Assembly (NCBI GenBank): GCA_030265395.1
Contig: JARFYF010000054.1
Location: 15,157,360 to 15,221,359 of the forward strand
From: Rhina ancylostomus
Taxonomy: Eukaryota
DNA: 64,000 bases
Reading direction: 5' to 3'
Both the position numbers and the translations under genes were made by a program. Positions 12,296-25,245 of the stretch are shown in pieces (the first letter of the stretch is position 1; each line of letters starts with the position of its first letter). Below the pieces are notes generated by a model. That model was not told the origin of the DNA. It did not search any database and worked only from the letters and a program-made list of their open reading frames with translations.

Positions 12296-12419
12296 AACAG
12301 GAAGCTATATTTAAAACAAAAATATTAGACGCTGTTGCACGTTATAACGTTTAGTCCAAGTTTACTTGCTTTTATCAAAGCTAATTTCCATACAGTCTAC
12401 CCTCAATTACCAGCATAGT

Positions 12420-13570
12420 TGAGTGCTATTGAGCAGTACTTACCAAAAACCTGTTCACCACTGCCTAGCTCAGGTTTGTCAGGAGCACTCTGCTTCCGAC
12501 TGGTTTACAGCCATGATGCTAACGTGGACCAAAGAGCTAAATTCTAGTGATATTATTAAGGATAGTTACTCTCATTTCATTGCAGCATTTAACTGGGATT
12601 TAACTCATTGCAGCATCAAGGCACCCTGACAAAACTGAAAATCAATGAGCAAAGGAAAAATGCTCTAGTGGTTGGAGTCATACCTTGCACAAAGGAAGAT
12701 GACTGTGGTTGTTGGAGGTCAATTATCTTGGTGCTAGGTTATCACTGCAGGAGTTCCAACCATCTACTGCTTCATCAATGGCTTTCCTTCCATTGTAAAG
12801 GCCAGAAGTGGGAACTTCACTGATTGTGCCATGTTCAATTCCATTTGCAACAACTGAAGCAGTCCATGCCTGCATGCAGTATGACCAAGGCAACATTCAG
12901 GAAAAGGCTGATACATGGGCAAAAAGCATATAATATTCAATCTACAAAGTGCTAGGCAATGACCATCTCCAAGAACAGCATTCTAATCATCAAAATTTAA
13001 CATAGCAATACCATTGCAGAGTCTCACCATCAACAAACTGGGAAGTCACACAAAACAATTGGACCAGCCACATGAATCTGCCTTTGTGACCACAGTGTTC
13101 AAGTCAGCACCATGATGGAATGCTCATTTGCCAGGATGAGTGCAGCTCAAACAAATCTCCAGGAAGCTTGACATTATCAAGGTCAAAACAGCCCACTTGA
13201 TTGACACCAGATCAACCCTAAAACATCCATTCCCTCCATCACTGGCACACCATGGCTGCAATGGGAATTTTATATACAAAATGAACTGTTAATCACCCAG
13301 GCACCTTCTAAATCTACAATCTTTACTACCAAGGAGTACAGGGGTAGCAAGTACATGGTTACACCACCACCTGCAGCTTCCTCTCCATCCTAACCTGGAA
13401 ATGTGTCACTGTTCCTTCATTGACTCCAAATCCTAGAATTGCCTACCCAACAGCATTGTGGGAGCCCCTTCATGAGGACTACAGTGGTTCAAGAAGGCAG
13501 CACATCACCACCTTCTCCAGGGCATTTTGGGATGGACAATAAATGCTGGTCTTGCCACTGATGTCTTCAG
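12420..13570 (+). mobile_element. Old non-LTR retrotransposon (CR1/L2 group), RT 3' half and tail
   Basis: Degenerate RT-like coding remnants. Tail ttcaagaaggcagcacatcaccaccttctccagggc...gggatggacaataaatgctgg. Confidence 0.65.
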
Positions 13571-14109
13571 AATGTTCAACAATTTCCAGACCTGATGGGC
13601 ACCTAACACTACATTAGTTCTGTAATGTTACACACCAATGCAGAATAAGCACTTTGTAAACATTTACTAACATGTAAATACATAAATTTAACCTATTTTG
13701 TTGTCAAAAATATACTTCACCAGGTTTGTAATGCTCTTGTTGTTGCTCTATCTTGAAGCATATGCACCTTCATCTTCTGTCTTTTTTTGATTATGCCAAA
13801 AAGACTTAGAGGAATGAGCATCATGACCATCTTTCTCTATTGCCAAACATGATCAAGCCAATCAATAGCATGTTTGAGAGCGACCATATGGTAGGAATGG
13901 TATCCGATGCTGTTTTTTTTTCCCTCTGGGCAAGAATATCTATCCACTCAGCAGATTCCTACACTGAGATCACAAACTCAGCCACATGCAGGCTTGGTCC
14001 TGCCTTTTTTCACACTGTTGCTCAAATATGATTATTCATAAAACTAAGTTCAAATAACATCTGTCACATAAGTATCATTTGCAATTACCTTTACATCTTT
14101 TCCTATAAT

Positions 14110-14470
14110 GACACAGGAGGCAGCCATTCAGTTCTATGCCAGCTCACAGGGAAGCAATCCCATTAGTCTCACTTCCTGCTCCTCATTTCCTTGTATCGCT
14201 ACAACTTATTCTCTCTCACACAAGCCCAACAACTCCCCTTTGATATTTTTTTGCCATTAACCTTTTGGCTAATTATCCTTGAGGATGATTCACAGTAGCC
14301 AATGCCAATGCACAGTAGCCAAAGTAACCATGTCATTGGGAAATGGAGGAAACCTGAGAAAATTTGGAGGAAGCCCACACAATCAAGTGAAAACATGCAA
14401 ACTCCACATGGAAAAGCATCCAGGTCCCTGGAGCTGTGAGGCAGTCGCACTAACTGTTGCACCACTTCAC
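14110..14470 (-). mobile_element. V-SINE (HE1-like)
   Basis: Reverse complement reads ggtgcaacagttagtgcgactgcctcacagctccagggacctgg...tgtggagtttgcatgttttc, i.e. a tRNA-like head plus V-domain. Confidence 0.75.
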
Positions 14471-14689
14471 CATCTAGTATTGAAATGTTGAGATAGAATC
14501 ATGAATTTATGAACTGACTTAGCTTTATACAAGATTGTTTTGATGATTAAAAAAAATCGTATCTAAATTACCTTTCTCCCCATTCTGACAAGAATTTCCA
14601 GATGATTCCTTCAGTAGAACAATGCAGCACATCAATAAACTAAAGCCAATATTTGATCCACTAGTCAGTTGATTCCTAATAAGGGGGTA

Positions 14690-15435
14690 GGTTCAGTGTT
14701 ACAGCATGGAAATAGGCCCTTCAGTTAAACTTGTCCACACTGACAAGATGTCCAAGATGCCTACATTATCTCATTTGTGTTTGGCTCATATCCCTCTAAG
14801 CTTTTCCTATCCAGGTACCTGTCCAAATGTTTTTTTTCCCAAAAATGCGATTGTACTGGCCTCTACCACCTACTCAGGTGGCTTTTTCCATACACCCACT
14901 GCGATAAGACTACTGAACGGTTCCCTTATATGATGAGATGGACTCTGACCTCATGATCTACCTTATTCTGACCCTGCACCTTATTGCACTGCACTCTCTC
15001 TGTAGCTTACTCTGTACTGTTATTGTTTTTACCTGTACTACCTCAATGCACTCTGTACTAACTCAATGTAACTGCACTGTGTAATGAATTGACCTGTACG
15101 ATTGGTATGCAAGGCACATTTTTCACTGTACCTCGGTACAAGTGACAATAATAAACCAATACCACCCTCTGTGTGAAGAGCAGATCCCCTTTAAATCTTT
15201 CCCTCTCACCTTAAACCTATGCCCTCTAGTTTTAGATTCCCTTACATTGGGGACAAGAAACTGTGACTACCTACCCTATCTATTACCCTCATAATTTTAC
15301 AAACTCTAAGGTCACTTCTCAGCCTTCTTCTCTCAAGGGGAAACAATCCCAACCTATCTAATCTTTCCTTATAACTCAAGCCCTCCAGTCCAGGCAACAT
15401 CCTTGTGAATGTTTTCTTCACACCCTCTAACTTAC
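14690..15435 (-). mobile_element. CR1-clade LINE 3' fragment, interrupted by a nested insertion
   Basis: KLEGVKKTFTRMLPGLEGLSYKERLDRLGLFPLERRRLRSDL in ORF 15242..15553. CR1 3' UTR at 14690-14899. Confidence 0.88.
14900..15160 (+). mobile_element. Rex1/Babar-like LINE 3' end nested in CR1
   Basis: Starts with coding remnant AIRLLNG (typical ...AIRLLN ORF end) and ends tttcactgtacctcggtacaagtgacaataataaaccaat. CR1 sequence resumes at 15161. Confidence 0.6.
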
Positions 15436-17827
15436 AAATATCATGTGTCAATATCTTTGTGATAAAACAAAAAGCAAAAAAAACCGCATATGCTACCAAT
15501 GTGAAATACAAACATAATACAGTGGAAATACTCAACATGTCAGTGGCATCCACATTCTGGGAATGAATAAAACAAAAAGCTAAAGATCAGATATTTGGAC
15601 CTGGAATCTTAAGTTTACCCTTTCTGAAGATACTAAATTTAGGCATACAGTGCATATTATCTCTTGTCTTTTAGGAGTTGTTGCCCAATTTTCTGTCTGG
15701 ATGCTGGAGGTAGGAAAAATGCACTTGTATTACCAACAAAAATGTTGTATTAGCAACAGAAAATGCTGAAAATACTCAGAAAGCCTGGCAGCGTATGCAG
15801 AGAGAGAAAAAAAATACTGTTTGAGGTCCATAACCTACCATTAGAACTCAGCTGCAAAGCGTATTAAACTGAATGGATGTGTCATATTTGGCATACATGG
15901 ATGAGTTCTTACGATTCTGGAAATGTATTCTACTTAAAAGTACATTTTTCTTCTAAATTATCACTGTATTTGTGTGACATGGTGCAATGTTTTTGCAACA
16001 AAGTATGCTGAATTATGGAATGTAGGATCCAAGTTAGTCCCTGAACTATAGAGTTACAAATCTCAGTTATGTTGCTAGAAAAAAAACTGAGCCAAGGCCA
16101 AGATAGGTTACTTGGATGGAGAATCATTAAGAAAGAAGTCAATCCTTAATTGTTTTTTGGATTTCTTTCCCAGCTGGCTGTAGATCCTTCATAGTCTAGG
16201 CATGAAGGACTAACTAAGAAAGTTAGTGATTAAATGAGAAAAGTTTGCTTTAAAAATAACTCAACCAANNNNNNNNNNCCAACACCATTTTATTGAGATT
16301 GACAAGGATTCTAATAATTACAATGCTCACTCTACTGCAGGTAGGGGCTGATGGTAACTAGCCACCATTGCTGTGAACTGACTTCTTTTTGATACTGATG
16401 TCACGGTATCAAAATTACAAACACCAAATTGGGCATGTTCCGATCACATAAAACTGCAACATAGAATGACTTTCAGCAACCTTCTAGGCTGATTCTAGCA
16501 ATTTTACTCTGCAACATTTCATTATATATATGTTAATTTTATGGTTCAACAGAAAAGTTGTTTATGTGGACCATTATTCCAAATGTTTTGAGTTTCACAT
16601 TTTCTGATTAGTGTCCTATCACCTGTTGATGTTCCCTTCCACCCAAACCCCAGGCAGTTCTATTTTTGATTCANNNNNNNNNNNGCAAGTCACATCAGTT
16701 CGAAAGCAGAAGCAACAAACAATACACTCAAGCATTCGGCTGCATGGTATATTTTTGCATTAAATCCACTATAGAGCTTCCACAAGGGTTCATAAAAACT
16801 TAAATTGGCCTGAGGTGCATCAGTTTTGTCTTAAGATTTTAAACTGATGGAGCCAAGGAGACAAACAAATCCTACAGTGACAATGTTCAATCCAGTAAAT
16901 CCAATATCTTGCTGTTCTCACTCTAAACTTATGGATACTTGCAAGCAAAACTGTGTTCTGGACCTTGAGTACTGTTAGCACCTTAACCATTAGGATCCAT
17001 GTTACATTACAAAATAAGTGCTATTTTGAATATAGATTTTTTAAATTAGGAACAAGTTGAAGAATCCTGATGAAAGATTCCATGTTCTCCTCTTCTTTGG
17101 GATAGTGAATGATTTGCTTCCACTCTGGTTTTAATCAGCTCTGGGGTGATCAATGAGGTCAACGTTAGAACTGCAGACTCTCCGACAGATGGAGCAGGTG
17201 ATGTGTTCCTCCTGCTGCACATGTACAGCTTTAATGTGCTCCTGATACATGGGCTTGAGCATTCAGGGTGGGATTGAGAACCTCCTCTGGCATGTTGCAT
17301 TTTTTTTTTCCCCCAAGGTGGCTTTGAGCATATCATTGAATCTTAGTAATCTCTGCCCAAGGCAGAGCCATACACTAATAGTTCCCTATGAGGATGGGCA
17401 GGATAAAATCTCCTAATCACTCTAAATTGAATGATCTTAAATGCTAACTGGCTGCTTTTCTCCCCGTGTGTTACCAGGACCCTTCAGAATTTCAAACCTC
17501 TCTCAGATTACAAATAACCAGAGATGATACAGAAAATAAAGACCCTTACTTTCTCAGGCCCCCATTCATAACCAATGCCTCTGTCCAAAATAAAGATGGA
17601 TCACTGTTGTTCCCATTCTGATGCTTTCTGAAATAATTAACCTAAAACTGAATGCACTATTGATTTGTGCAGCAATAAACAAAAATGTCTCATGAACATA
17701 TGACTTAAAAAGGGGTTCCTCATTTACAGTGTCCCAAGTTATAACTAATGAGAAAATGCTCTCTTGTAATTGTGAAAAAAAATCCAAATGTACAAGATTC
17801 TTATTTTTTGTTGCTTTAAGTATGTGA

Positions 17828-18105
17828 ATAGAAACATAGAAAAACTACAGCACAATTCAGGCCCTACGGCCCACAAAGCTGTGCTGAACATGTCCCTAAC
17901 AGTCTCTTGAAAGACCCTATCATATCCGCCACCACTGTTTCTGGCAGCCCGTTCCGCGCACTCACTACTGTGTGTGTAAAAAAACTTACCCCTGACATCT
18001 CCTCTATATCTACTCCCCAGCAACTTAAACCTATGGCCTCTCGTGGCCACCATTTCAGCCCTGGGGAGAAGTCTCTGACTATCTACCCAATCAATACCTC
18101 TCATC
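17828..18105 (-). mobile_element. CR1-clade LINE 3' end
   Basis: MRGIDWVDSQRLLPRAEMVATRGHRFK remnant and an (atagaaac)2 tail repeat on +. Confidence 0.88.
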
Positions 18106-18749
18106 AACATCAATACCTCTTCTCAATAACAGAGAAAAGCCTGGAAAATTATTTCTTTTTTGCCAGGAAAATGGCCTTAGTCAGACTTACAAGTAGGCAA
18201 GTTACAAACTTAAATTGTATAGGGAGCTACTTAAGTGTGGCTTTCATTTTTTCTATAGTTCTAAGTTAGCAACGTTACAGCCAGTTGTGTAGGTTCTCCA
18301 TTTCCATTATGAATGGAGGCAAGTAGGCAACATGACGGCAGAGTGCATAATTCACCATTCATGTGATCACAAAAGGAGTATTATTTAAGTCCTTAGTCAT
18401 GCACGACAAAAACATTTTTCCTTGCTTTCAAAGATATATTTGAACTGACAAAAAAAAATCAGTGATCAATCACATGCACATTTCTGCATTACAAAGAGCC
18501 AATTATTTTATATTCTAGAGGTAATTTTCCACCACTGTGAGCTTCTAATTAAGAAATCATACATTTACTTGGCTGCTTTCTAATTAACCTGACTACCCGC
18601 TTAAGAACAATTACCTCCTAATTGACTCTGCAATTAGACCTTACGATCTTAAAGGGACACAAAGGTAAACAATGCTTAATTTTTAGCAGGAGATTAACGT
18701 ACATGATATGAGGACAATTTATCTTTATCCTTCAACCTATTTTGAATAC

Positions 18750-19320
18750 TGCAGGAGGGATGTCCTGCTGTATTTATGGAGGACTTTGATGAGACTGGCC
18801 AAACCTTGACTATCGGGTGCAGATTTGACTTCCTAACTGAGAAAGGATGTTTTTGCTTTGAAGGGTGTGCGGCAAATGTTCACCAGACTAATTACTGCAA
18901 TGCATGACTGACATCATGATAAAAGATCAAATTAGCTAGGTTAGAATTTAGAACAGTGAGAGAGAACCTCATAGAAACCTGTAAATTTTATAGAAACTAG
19001 AAAATTGTAACTGTACACACATGTGGGAAGCACATTCCTGATGGTGGGAGAGTTCAAAAGCAGGAGTCTAAGGATAAACGGTAAACCAGGTATGACCACA
19101 ATTAGGAGAAATCTCTTCACCCAGAGAGTGGTGAACCTGTAAAAAATCCTCTATTGGAGAAGGCAGTTGAAACCAAATCATTAAATATATTCAAGGAGTT
19201 AGATCTAGTTCTTAGGGCTAAAGTTCAAGGGATATGGGTAGATAACAGGAACAGGCTGGTGAATTGGGATGATCAGCCTTGATCACGTTGAATGGCTTAC
19301 TACTGCTAATTTCTATGCTT
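18750..19320 (+). mobile_element. Old CR1 LINE 3' fragment
   Basis: aggagaaatctcttcacccagagagtggtgaacctgt (RRNFFTQRVVNLW-like) and a CR1 tail ending ttctatgcttc. Confidence 0.75.
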
Positions 19321-20880
19321 CTTCTAGTGAGTAATATCACTGGAAATCTTCTGACTTACAAAAACCTCGATTAGCACATCTTTAATAAGCCATTTTAAGT
19401 CTTCCAAATTGAAATATAAACTGATATTATGAGGATTAAAGAGTTAATTAATCATGATTGTGTGTTCTTGCTTATTAAATCAGAAATACTGACATTGTAA
19501 ACCGAGCATTTCCTCCTCTCCTTCCTTTGCTGTTTTAGAGTGACTTCGCTGTCAGAATGTATAGCAGCTGGATTTTCCATTTTATGGCAAAATAATGGTA
19601 TCTGTCACTAACCTTAAATGAAGTCATCTACAAAGATCTACTTATCTCTAAAGTGTGTAGTTCCCCTTTCCTGATGCAAGTTCCTGCCAGGTGTCAATTT
19701 AACAAGACCCCTGTTGTCCAGCAACTGTAATATGATTAAGGTAGTGAGGAGCCAATCACATTGAAGGGCAAGCAATGACTCATACAGCAAACTAGTAAAA
19801 TTAAGTTCTTAGCTAATACTTTAAACATTTTATAGAGCACAAATAAAGATTGGCTACAAGGGATTGAGGTAGAAGCTAAAATATGATATTAAAAATATTT
19901 TTAACAAGTATTTTTAGGGAATTATATTCCACATACATAAAATGAATTTACGTAGAGCCAGAAGGTTTGCTAAGATATAATTGTGGCTAGAAATACGAAT
20001 TAATGTCATCTATACCTCACAAAACATTTTCAGGATATTTTACAGCAAAACAATTAAAGAAAAGATATGCAAATACCCAAATCTCTTCGGATTACCAATT
20101 TATCTCGACTACCTTGGAGAAGGCTGCAAAACAGCACTAGCCTGCAAGAAGAGCTCTGAATCACCAACAGCGATTTTAGGATCAGACTAAACAATACAAA
20201 GAAATACTTAAATCGTTGCCAATTTCAAGATGTAATGACAGCGAAGATTACCACTGTAATGATGGTGAAACTGTCAAAGTATTGGCCAATTTATAGTTTA
20301 CAAGTTCCTATAAGTAAGGCAGTTGCCATGGCTTTTCTTCCCTTGGTGATAGAATTTGTAATCACAGATAAGAAGCAAGCTTCCTGAATATTTCAGATTT
20401 AAACCTGTGTGCCTGTAGCAGACACTCTGCAGGTAGCTCATTTACCTTTCACCACTTTGAATATCACAGTATTATTTAATGTTTTGGGGAAATTGGGATC
20501 TAAAATCAAAAGTTTCCTTGTCACACATAACACTGAAAGATGAATCACAGTGAGAAACCCAAGCTCAAACAAGCAGATTTAATGGACCAGCATTACAATA
20601 TGTAAAACCCTGATTTTACTTACAAGGAAGAGAGAAGTCCCATCATAGTGGTATTGCATTGCATGACTATAAAAATATTCTATGGAAGATCAGACTAAAT
20701 GACTTTGCATGCAATTCTTAATTCTATGAAACAGTTTTGACCACTTTTTTGCAGAGGCCAGATGTTGCCTTTCAGTACATGCATGTCATTGGGAAAACAT
20801 CCTGAGTTATTCTCAGTAAACAGGAAACCTGAGTCAGCTGACTTTTCTCTTAGCTGAGCAAAGAGCATTTCAAAGTGTCA

Positions 20881-22233
20881 GAGAAACAAAGATGCTGAAA
20901 TCCAGATGAAAAACATGATGATGCTGGAGGAACTCAGCAGGCCAGGCAGCATCTGTGGAGAAAAGCAGGGGGTCAATGTTTCAGGTCAGGACCCTTCTTC
21001 AGGACTGAAGATAGGAAAAGAGGAAGCCCAATATATAGGAGGGAAAAGCAGAGCANNNNNNNNNNNNNNNNNNNNNNNNNNNNNNNNNNNNNNNNNNNNN
21101 NNNNNNNNNNNNNNNNNNNNNNNNNNNNNNNNNNNNNNNNNNNNNNNNNNNNNNNNNNNNNNNNNNNNNNNNNNNNNNNNNNNNNNNNNNNNNNNNNNNN
21201 NNNNNNNNNNNNNNNNNNNNNNNNNNNNNNNNNNNNNNNNNNNNNNNNNNNNNNNNNNNNNNNNNNNNNNNNNNNNNNNNNNNNNNNNNNNNNNNNNNNN
21301 NNNNNNNNNNNNNNNNNNNNNNNNNNNNNNNNNNNNNNNNNNNNNNNNNNNNNNNNNNNNNNNNNNNNNNNNNNNNNNNNNNNNNNNNNNNNNNNNNNNN
21401 NNNNNNNNNNNNNNNNNNNNNNNNNNNNNNNNNNNNNNNNNNNNNNNNNNNNNNNNNNNNNNNNNNNNNNNNNNNNNNNNNNNNNNNNNNNNNNNNNNNN
21501 NNNNNNNNNNNNNNNNNNNNNNNNNNNNNNNNNNNNNNNNNNNNNNNNNNNNNNNNNNNNNNNNNNNNNNNNNNNNNNNNNNNNNNNNNNNNNNNNNNNN
21601 NNNNNNNNNNNNNNNNNNNNNNNNNNNNNNNNNNNNNNNNNNNNNNNNNNNNNNNNNNNNNNNNNNNNNNNNNNNNNNNNNNNNNNNNNNNNNNNNNNNN
21701 NNNNNNNNNNNNNNNNNNNNNNNNNNNNNNNNNNNNNNNNNNNNNNNNNNNNNNNNNNNNNNNNNNNNNNNNNNNNNNNNNNNNNNNNNNNNNNNNNNNN
21801 NNNNNNNNNNNNNNNNNNNNNNNNNNNNNNNNNNNNNNNNNNNNNNNNNNNNNNNNNNNNNNNNNNNNNNNNNNNNNNNNNNNNNNNNNNNNNNNNNNNN
21901 NNNNNNNNNNNNNNNNNNNNNNNNNNNNNNNNNNNNNNNNNNNNNNNNNNNNNNNNNNNNNNNNNNNNNNNNNNNNNNNNNNNNNNNNNNNNNNNNNNNN
22001 NNNNNNNNNNNTCCCCCGCACCTGCCTATCACTATCTCTTATCCACATCTACCTATCACCACTTGCGCCCACCCTACCTCCCCTCTTTTGTCCACCTATC
22101 ACTGCTCTGCTTTTTCCTCCCATACCTTTTCCCATCTTCAGTCCCGAAGGGTCCTGACCCGAAACATTGACCAGCTGCTTTTCTCCACAGATGCTGCCTG
22201 GCCTGCTGAGTTCCTCCAGCATCACAGTATTTT
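20881..22233. mobile_element. Penelope-like element with inverted terminal arms around a 956-N gap
   Basis: 20900-21055 and 22100-22233 are reverse complements of each other (ORF track MLEELSRPGSICGEKQ on both strands). Imperfect 16-bp TSD at 20865-20880 and 22234-22249. Hammerhead-like cores in both arms. Confidence 0.8.
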
Positions 22234-22539
22234 GCACTTCAAAGCATCATCCGTAGTGGGTGTTGACTGCCTGTCTTTTTCCACAGTTCTTCACTCAGCA
22301 GGTGAGGCCTTCGGTGTTTTGGCATCAGGTAGCTTTGATGGTGCTGAAGTACCTGTACAAGTCATGGCTGAGAGAGAGTTGCTGGAGCACCTCGTGTTCC
22401 TTCTACCCACCATTTGTCACAAGTTTTTTGACCTAATGCTGGGTTGTCATTGCTCCGTCACTTCCCAACCGCACGCCCCCCCCAAATCTTTCTCACTGCA
22501 TCTCACCTCCAATAAGCTTCTGGTTGGATTGGAACTAAT

Positions 22540-23490
22540 CTAAAATGACTAATAAGAAACTGTTCAACCTATATTGCACCTCTCCAGAACTAAGGTCACC
22601 CCATCTTCAGTGCCATATGACATTTGCCCAACTCCAATTCAACATTCACTAGCACGTGAAGGTGTTACATTCAAATTATGCAAAGCAAAGGTTCTTGACC
22701 AACTTGGTCCTGCTATACTACACCATAATCTAAAACTGAAATGTCCAGTACAAGAGTCTGGAAGACATGGATCACTTGAGACCCACCTTCCAGCAAANNN
22801 NNNNNNNAACATGAAATTCCCCACTTGCTAGTGCACCAGCATAGGCTTTCGCCATCTGAGCAAAACAGTTTTTGAACATCAAGACCTCAAGCCCTATGCT
22901 ATGCTCATGGTCAATTGGGCAGCAATTATGAGCTTCTGAGACTTTGGACTACTTAGAGCAGGCATCTCAGAGCATTGGACAGACGACAGACACCACCAAT
23001 ATTATTTCTGCAAATTCCTCCAAATCTACTAGCAAGATAAGGAAGCCAATATCAACNNNNNNNNNNNNNNNNGCATTGGGCCCTATTTATATTCTGTCAG
23101 CTCTATTAAGGAAGGGCATGTCACTTGCTTGACCAACACTGGACTTCCCAAACAGACACAATATTCTGAGATCTGTCACAGGAAGAGACTACCAAATGGA
23201 TAGAGGAAAAAAACTCAAGGAAATCCTGAGAAACGTGCAACATTCCCAACGATTCAATTGCTCTAAATGGAGCAGGAATATTTGACGTGGCACTGAGAAC
23301 CTCAAGTCCATGCATTGATTTTGGACTTCTGAGCTCCCAATGTAAACAGAAGAAGCACACCCGTCTATCCCACCATGTACCTTGTGCCCCATATGTGGCA
23401 AAATCCGCTGGTTCTACATTGGCCACAGACTCCACCATACTGATGTAGAAGCAAACCATCCCTGGTGCTGAGGTACTGCTTCCCAAGGAG
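22540..23490 (+). mobile_element. Decayed RTE-clade LINE
   Basis: aaactgttcaacct...agaactaaggtc resembles the RTE/BovB RT motif KLFNLRRLQAKTKV. Heavily frameshifted downstream. Confidence 0.55.
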
Positions 23491-24164
23491 GAAAAGGCAG
23501 CTGAACAAGACACAAGATGTGGAGCCCACACAGCAGGTAAGAAAATTACAGTGGCCAATGGGGAATATCCTAATGATAAGGAACTTTTCAGATCCAACTC
23601 TATATTGCCTTCTGTCTATAACGTTGACTTTGTTTAAGTTAATACACAATTAAAAGGTCATCCCTTAAGTTCATCTGTATACTGCTTGTGTGTCTGCTAC
23701 AATGAATCAAAGCTATTTTTCTCTGACAGTGTATTAACTGTTGCCAAAATGAATAAAATTTAAAAGAACTAATAGATCAGAATTCAATTTGAGTTGCTGA
23801 ACTCAATAATCATTGAAATACAGTGAGCGGCTTATACAGTGGACTCTTGTTGATTTTCATCAAGACGTTGCAGTTGGAAACCTTACACCATGGCAACCCC
23901 TTGTATTCTTTTCCTTCAAACAACAAGATACCAATAAATGATTCTGGCATGATCAGCTCTCAGTTATCTCATTTATAACACTGGATAAATTCCAGTCATT
24001 TTAATTCAACCATTTAAAAATAACTACAGTTTCTTCTGGGAGGTTTCCAGAAAAGAATTACATAAACCCTCTATTTGCTGATCTAAACTTTTACCTCGCA
24101 CCATTGTTTTTACTGATAAAATAATTTCTCCATGTGAATTACTATTCAAATCTTTACCATTGCC

Positions 24165-24289
24165 CTAAAGCAAAGACTTGAATGAGAAGCGTTGAACTTT
24201 GAAAGGAGAGAGATCATAGGATGGTTTCTTTCCAATACAGAGCTCAGAGAGGATTTTTCCAACCACTGGGGCAAGCTTGAAGCCATGAC
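24165..24289 (-). CDS. PIPOX: Peroxisomal sarcosine/L-pipecolate oxidase, exon 8 (last)
   Basis: ttttttAG acceptor. (G)[40 protein letters not shown], with the GHGFK FAD-binding motif; phase 1 matches exon 7. Confidence 0.95.
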
Positions 24290-25089
24290 CTAAAAAAGAA
24301 GTGATCCATAATGAAAGATTATAAAAGCTGCTAAATATAATTAACTCACTTTCAAATTCTAGGACTGCTAAATATAATTTACTGCCATTCTTGGAATTAT
24401 CAGAGTAAATATCAACAATACTGTAAATATGTTCCATGCTTCACTGGTTCAATTCATTTATATCACATAAACATTAAACCCAATGAAACTACTGTTCCAG
24501 ACTAAGTAATGAGAATTGTTCTCAGAGCTGCCATTGCAAATGCAACAAAAGCACCAACATCATCTTCTCTTGGACCCACAAAAGGAAGTAAAAGCATTAT
24601 TTGTTTGGACCTTCTGACCAAGTAACTCTGGCTGTTTTACAGAATGACTTAAATAATTCTGAGACATTCTAAATCATTTTTTACAACAAACCATTTCTCA
24701 AATTTAGTCATTTTATAATGTAAGCTTGGCAGAATATTCACGTATTGCAAACTTCTGCAAAGAGCAATGAACGTCTACACATTCCATTGAGATATTGGAT
24801 AAGGGATAATCGTTGTCCAGGGCATGGGGAGAATTTTGTTCTGTAAAATACCCAGAGTTACTTACTTGAGATGATTGATCTCAAAGCCAGTGAGGTCCTT
24901 GTTTCACTATTCAGATCAGTTTTTTTAATATTTTTCGACTACAACTATAGCTTTAACCCAGAGTAGTGTCTCTTTGTCCTGGTCAGAAGATCCAAACAAA
25001 TAAGGCTTTTACTATATTTGTATTAAAGCAAAACACTCAGACAGATGTCTTCAAATAATGTAAAGGAATCTAAAATTAACTTTAATGAG

Positions 25090-25245
25090 CAGAATGGGCC
25101 TTGGTTTAATGTTTCTTCTTAAGAAGAGAACCTCCCTGTGCTGCGGCATAGGATGCAGCCGTCCCTCAATTCTGCATGGAGGTATCAGCCCAAATTCTTG
25201 TGCCCCAACCTCTGCACTGGAATTTGGATTCACAACTTTGACAAA
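25090..25245 (-). mobile_element. Deu-SINE (SacSINE1/AmnSINE1-like) 5' part
   Basis: gggccttggtttaatgtttc...ccctcaattctgcatggaggtatcagccc matches the reverse complement of the recalled Deu-SINE head. A further piece lies at ~24735-24870. Confidence 0.55.

Noticed and set aside
16387-16414. Hairpin TTTTGATACTG-ATGTCA-CGGTATCAAAA
   Set aside because: Too short for a pre-miRNA, isolated, and without supporting context.
20906-22543. 545/349/348-aa ORFs
   Set aside because: Artefacts of translating a 956-N gap; the flanks are Penelope-type repeat arms.
24054-24167. PIPOX readthrough creating a cryptic PTS1
   Set aside because: TAG-G is a tight context and the in-frame extension ends ...GFM, not a PTS1.
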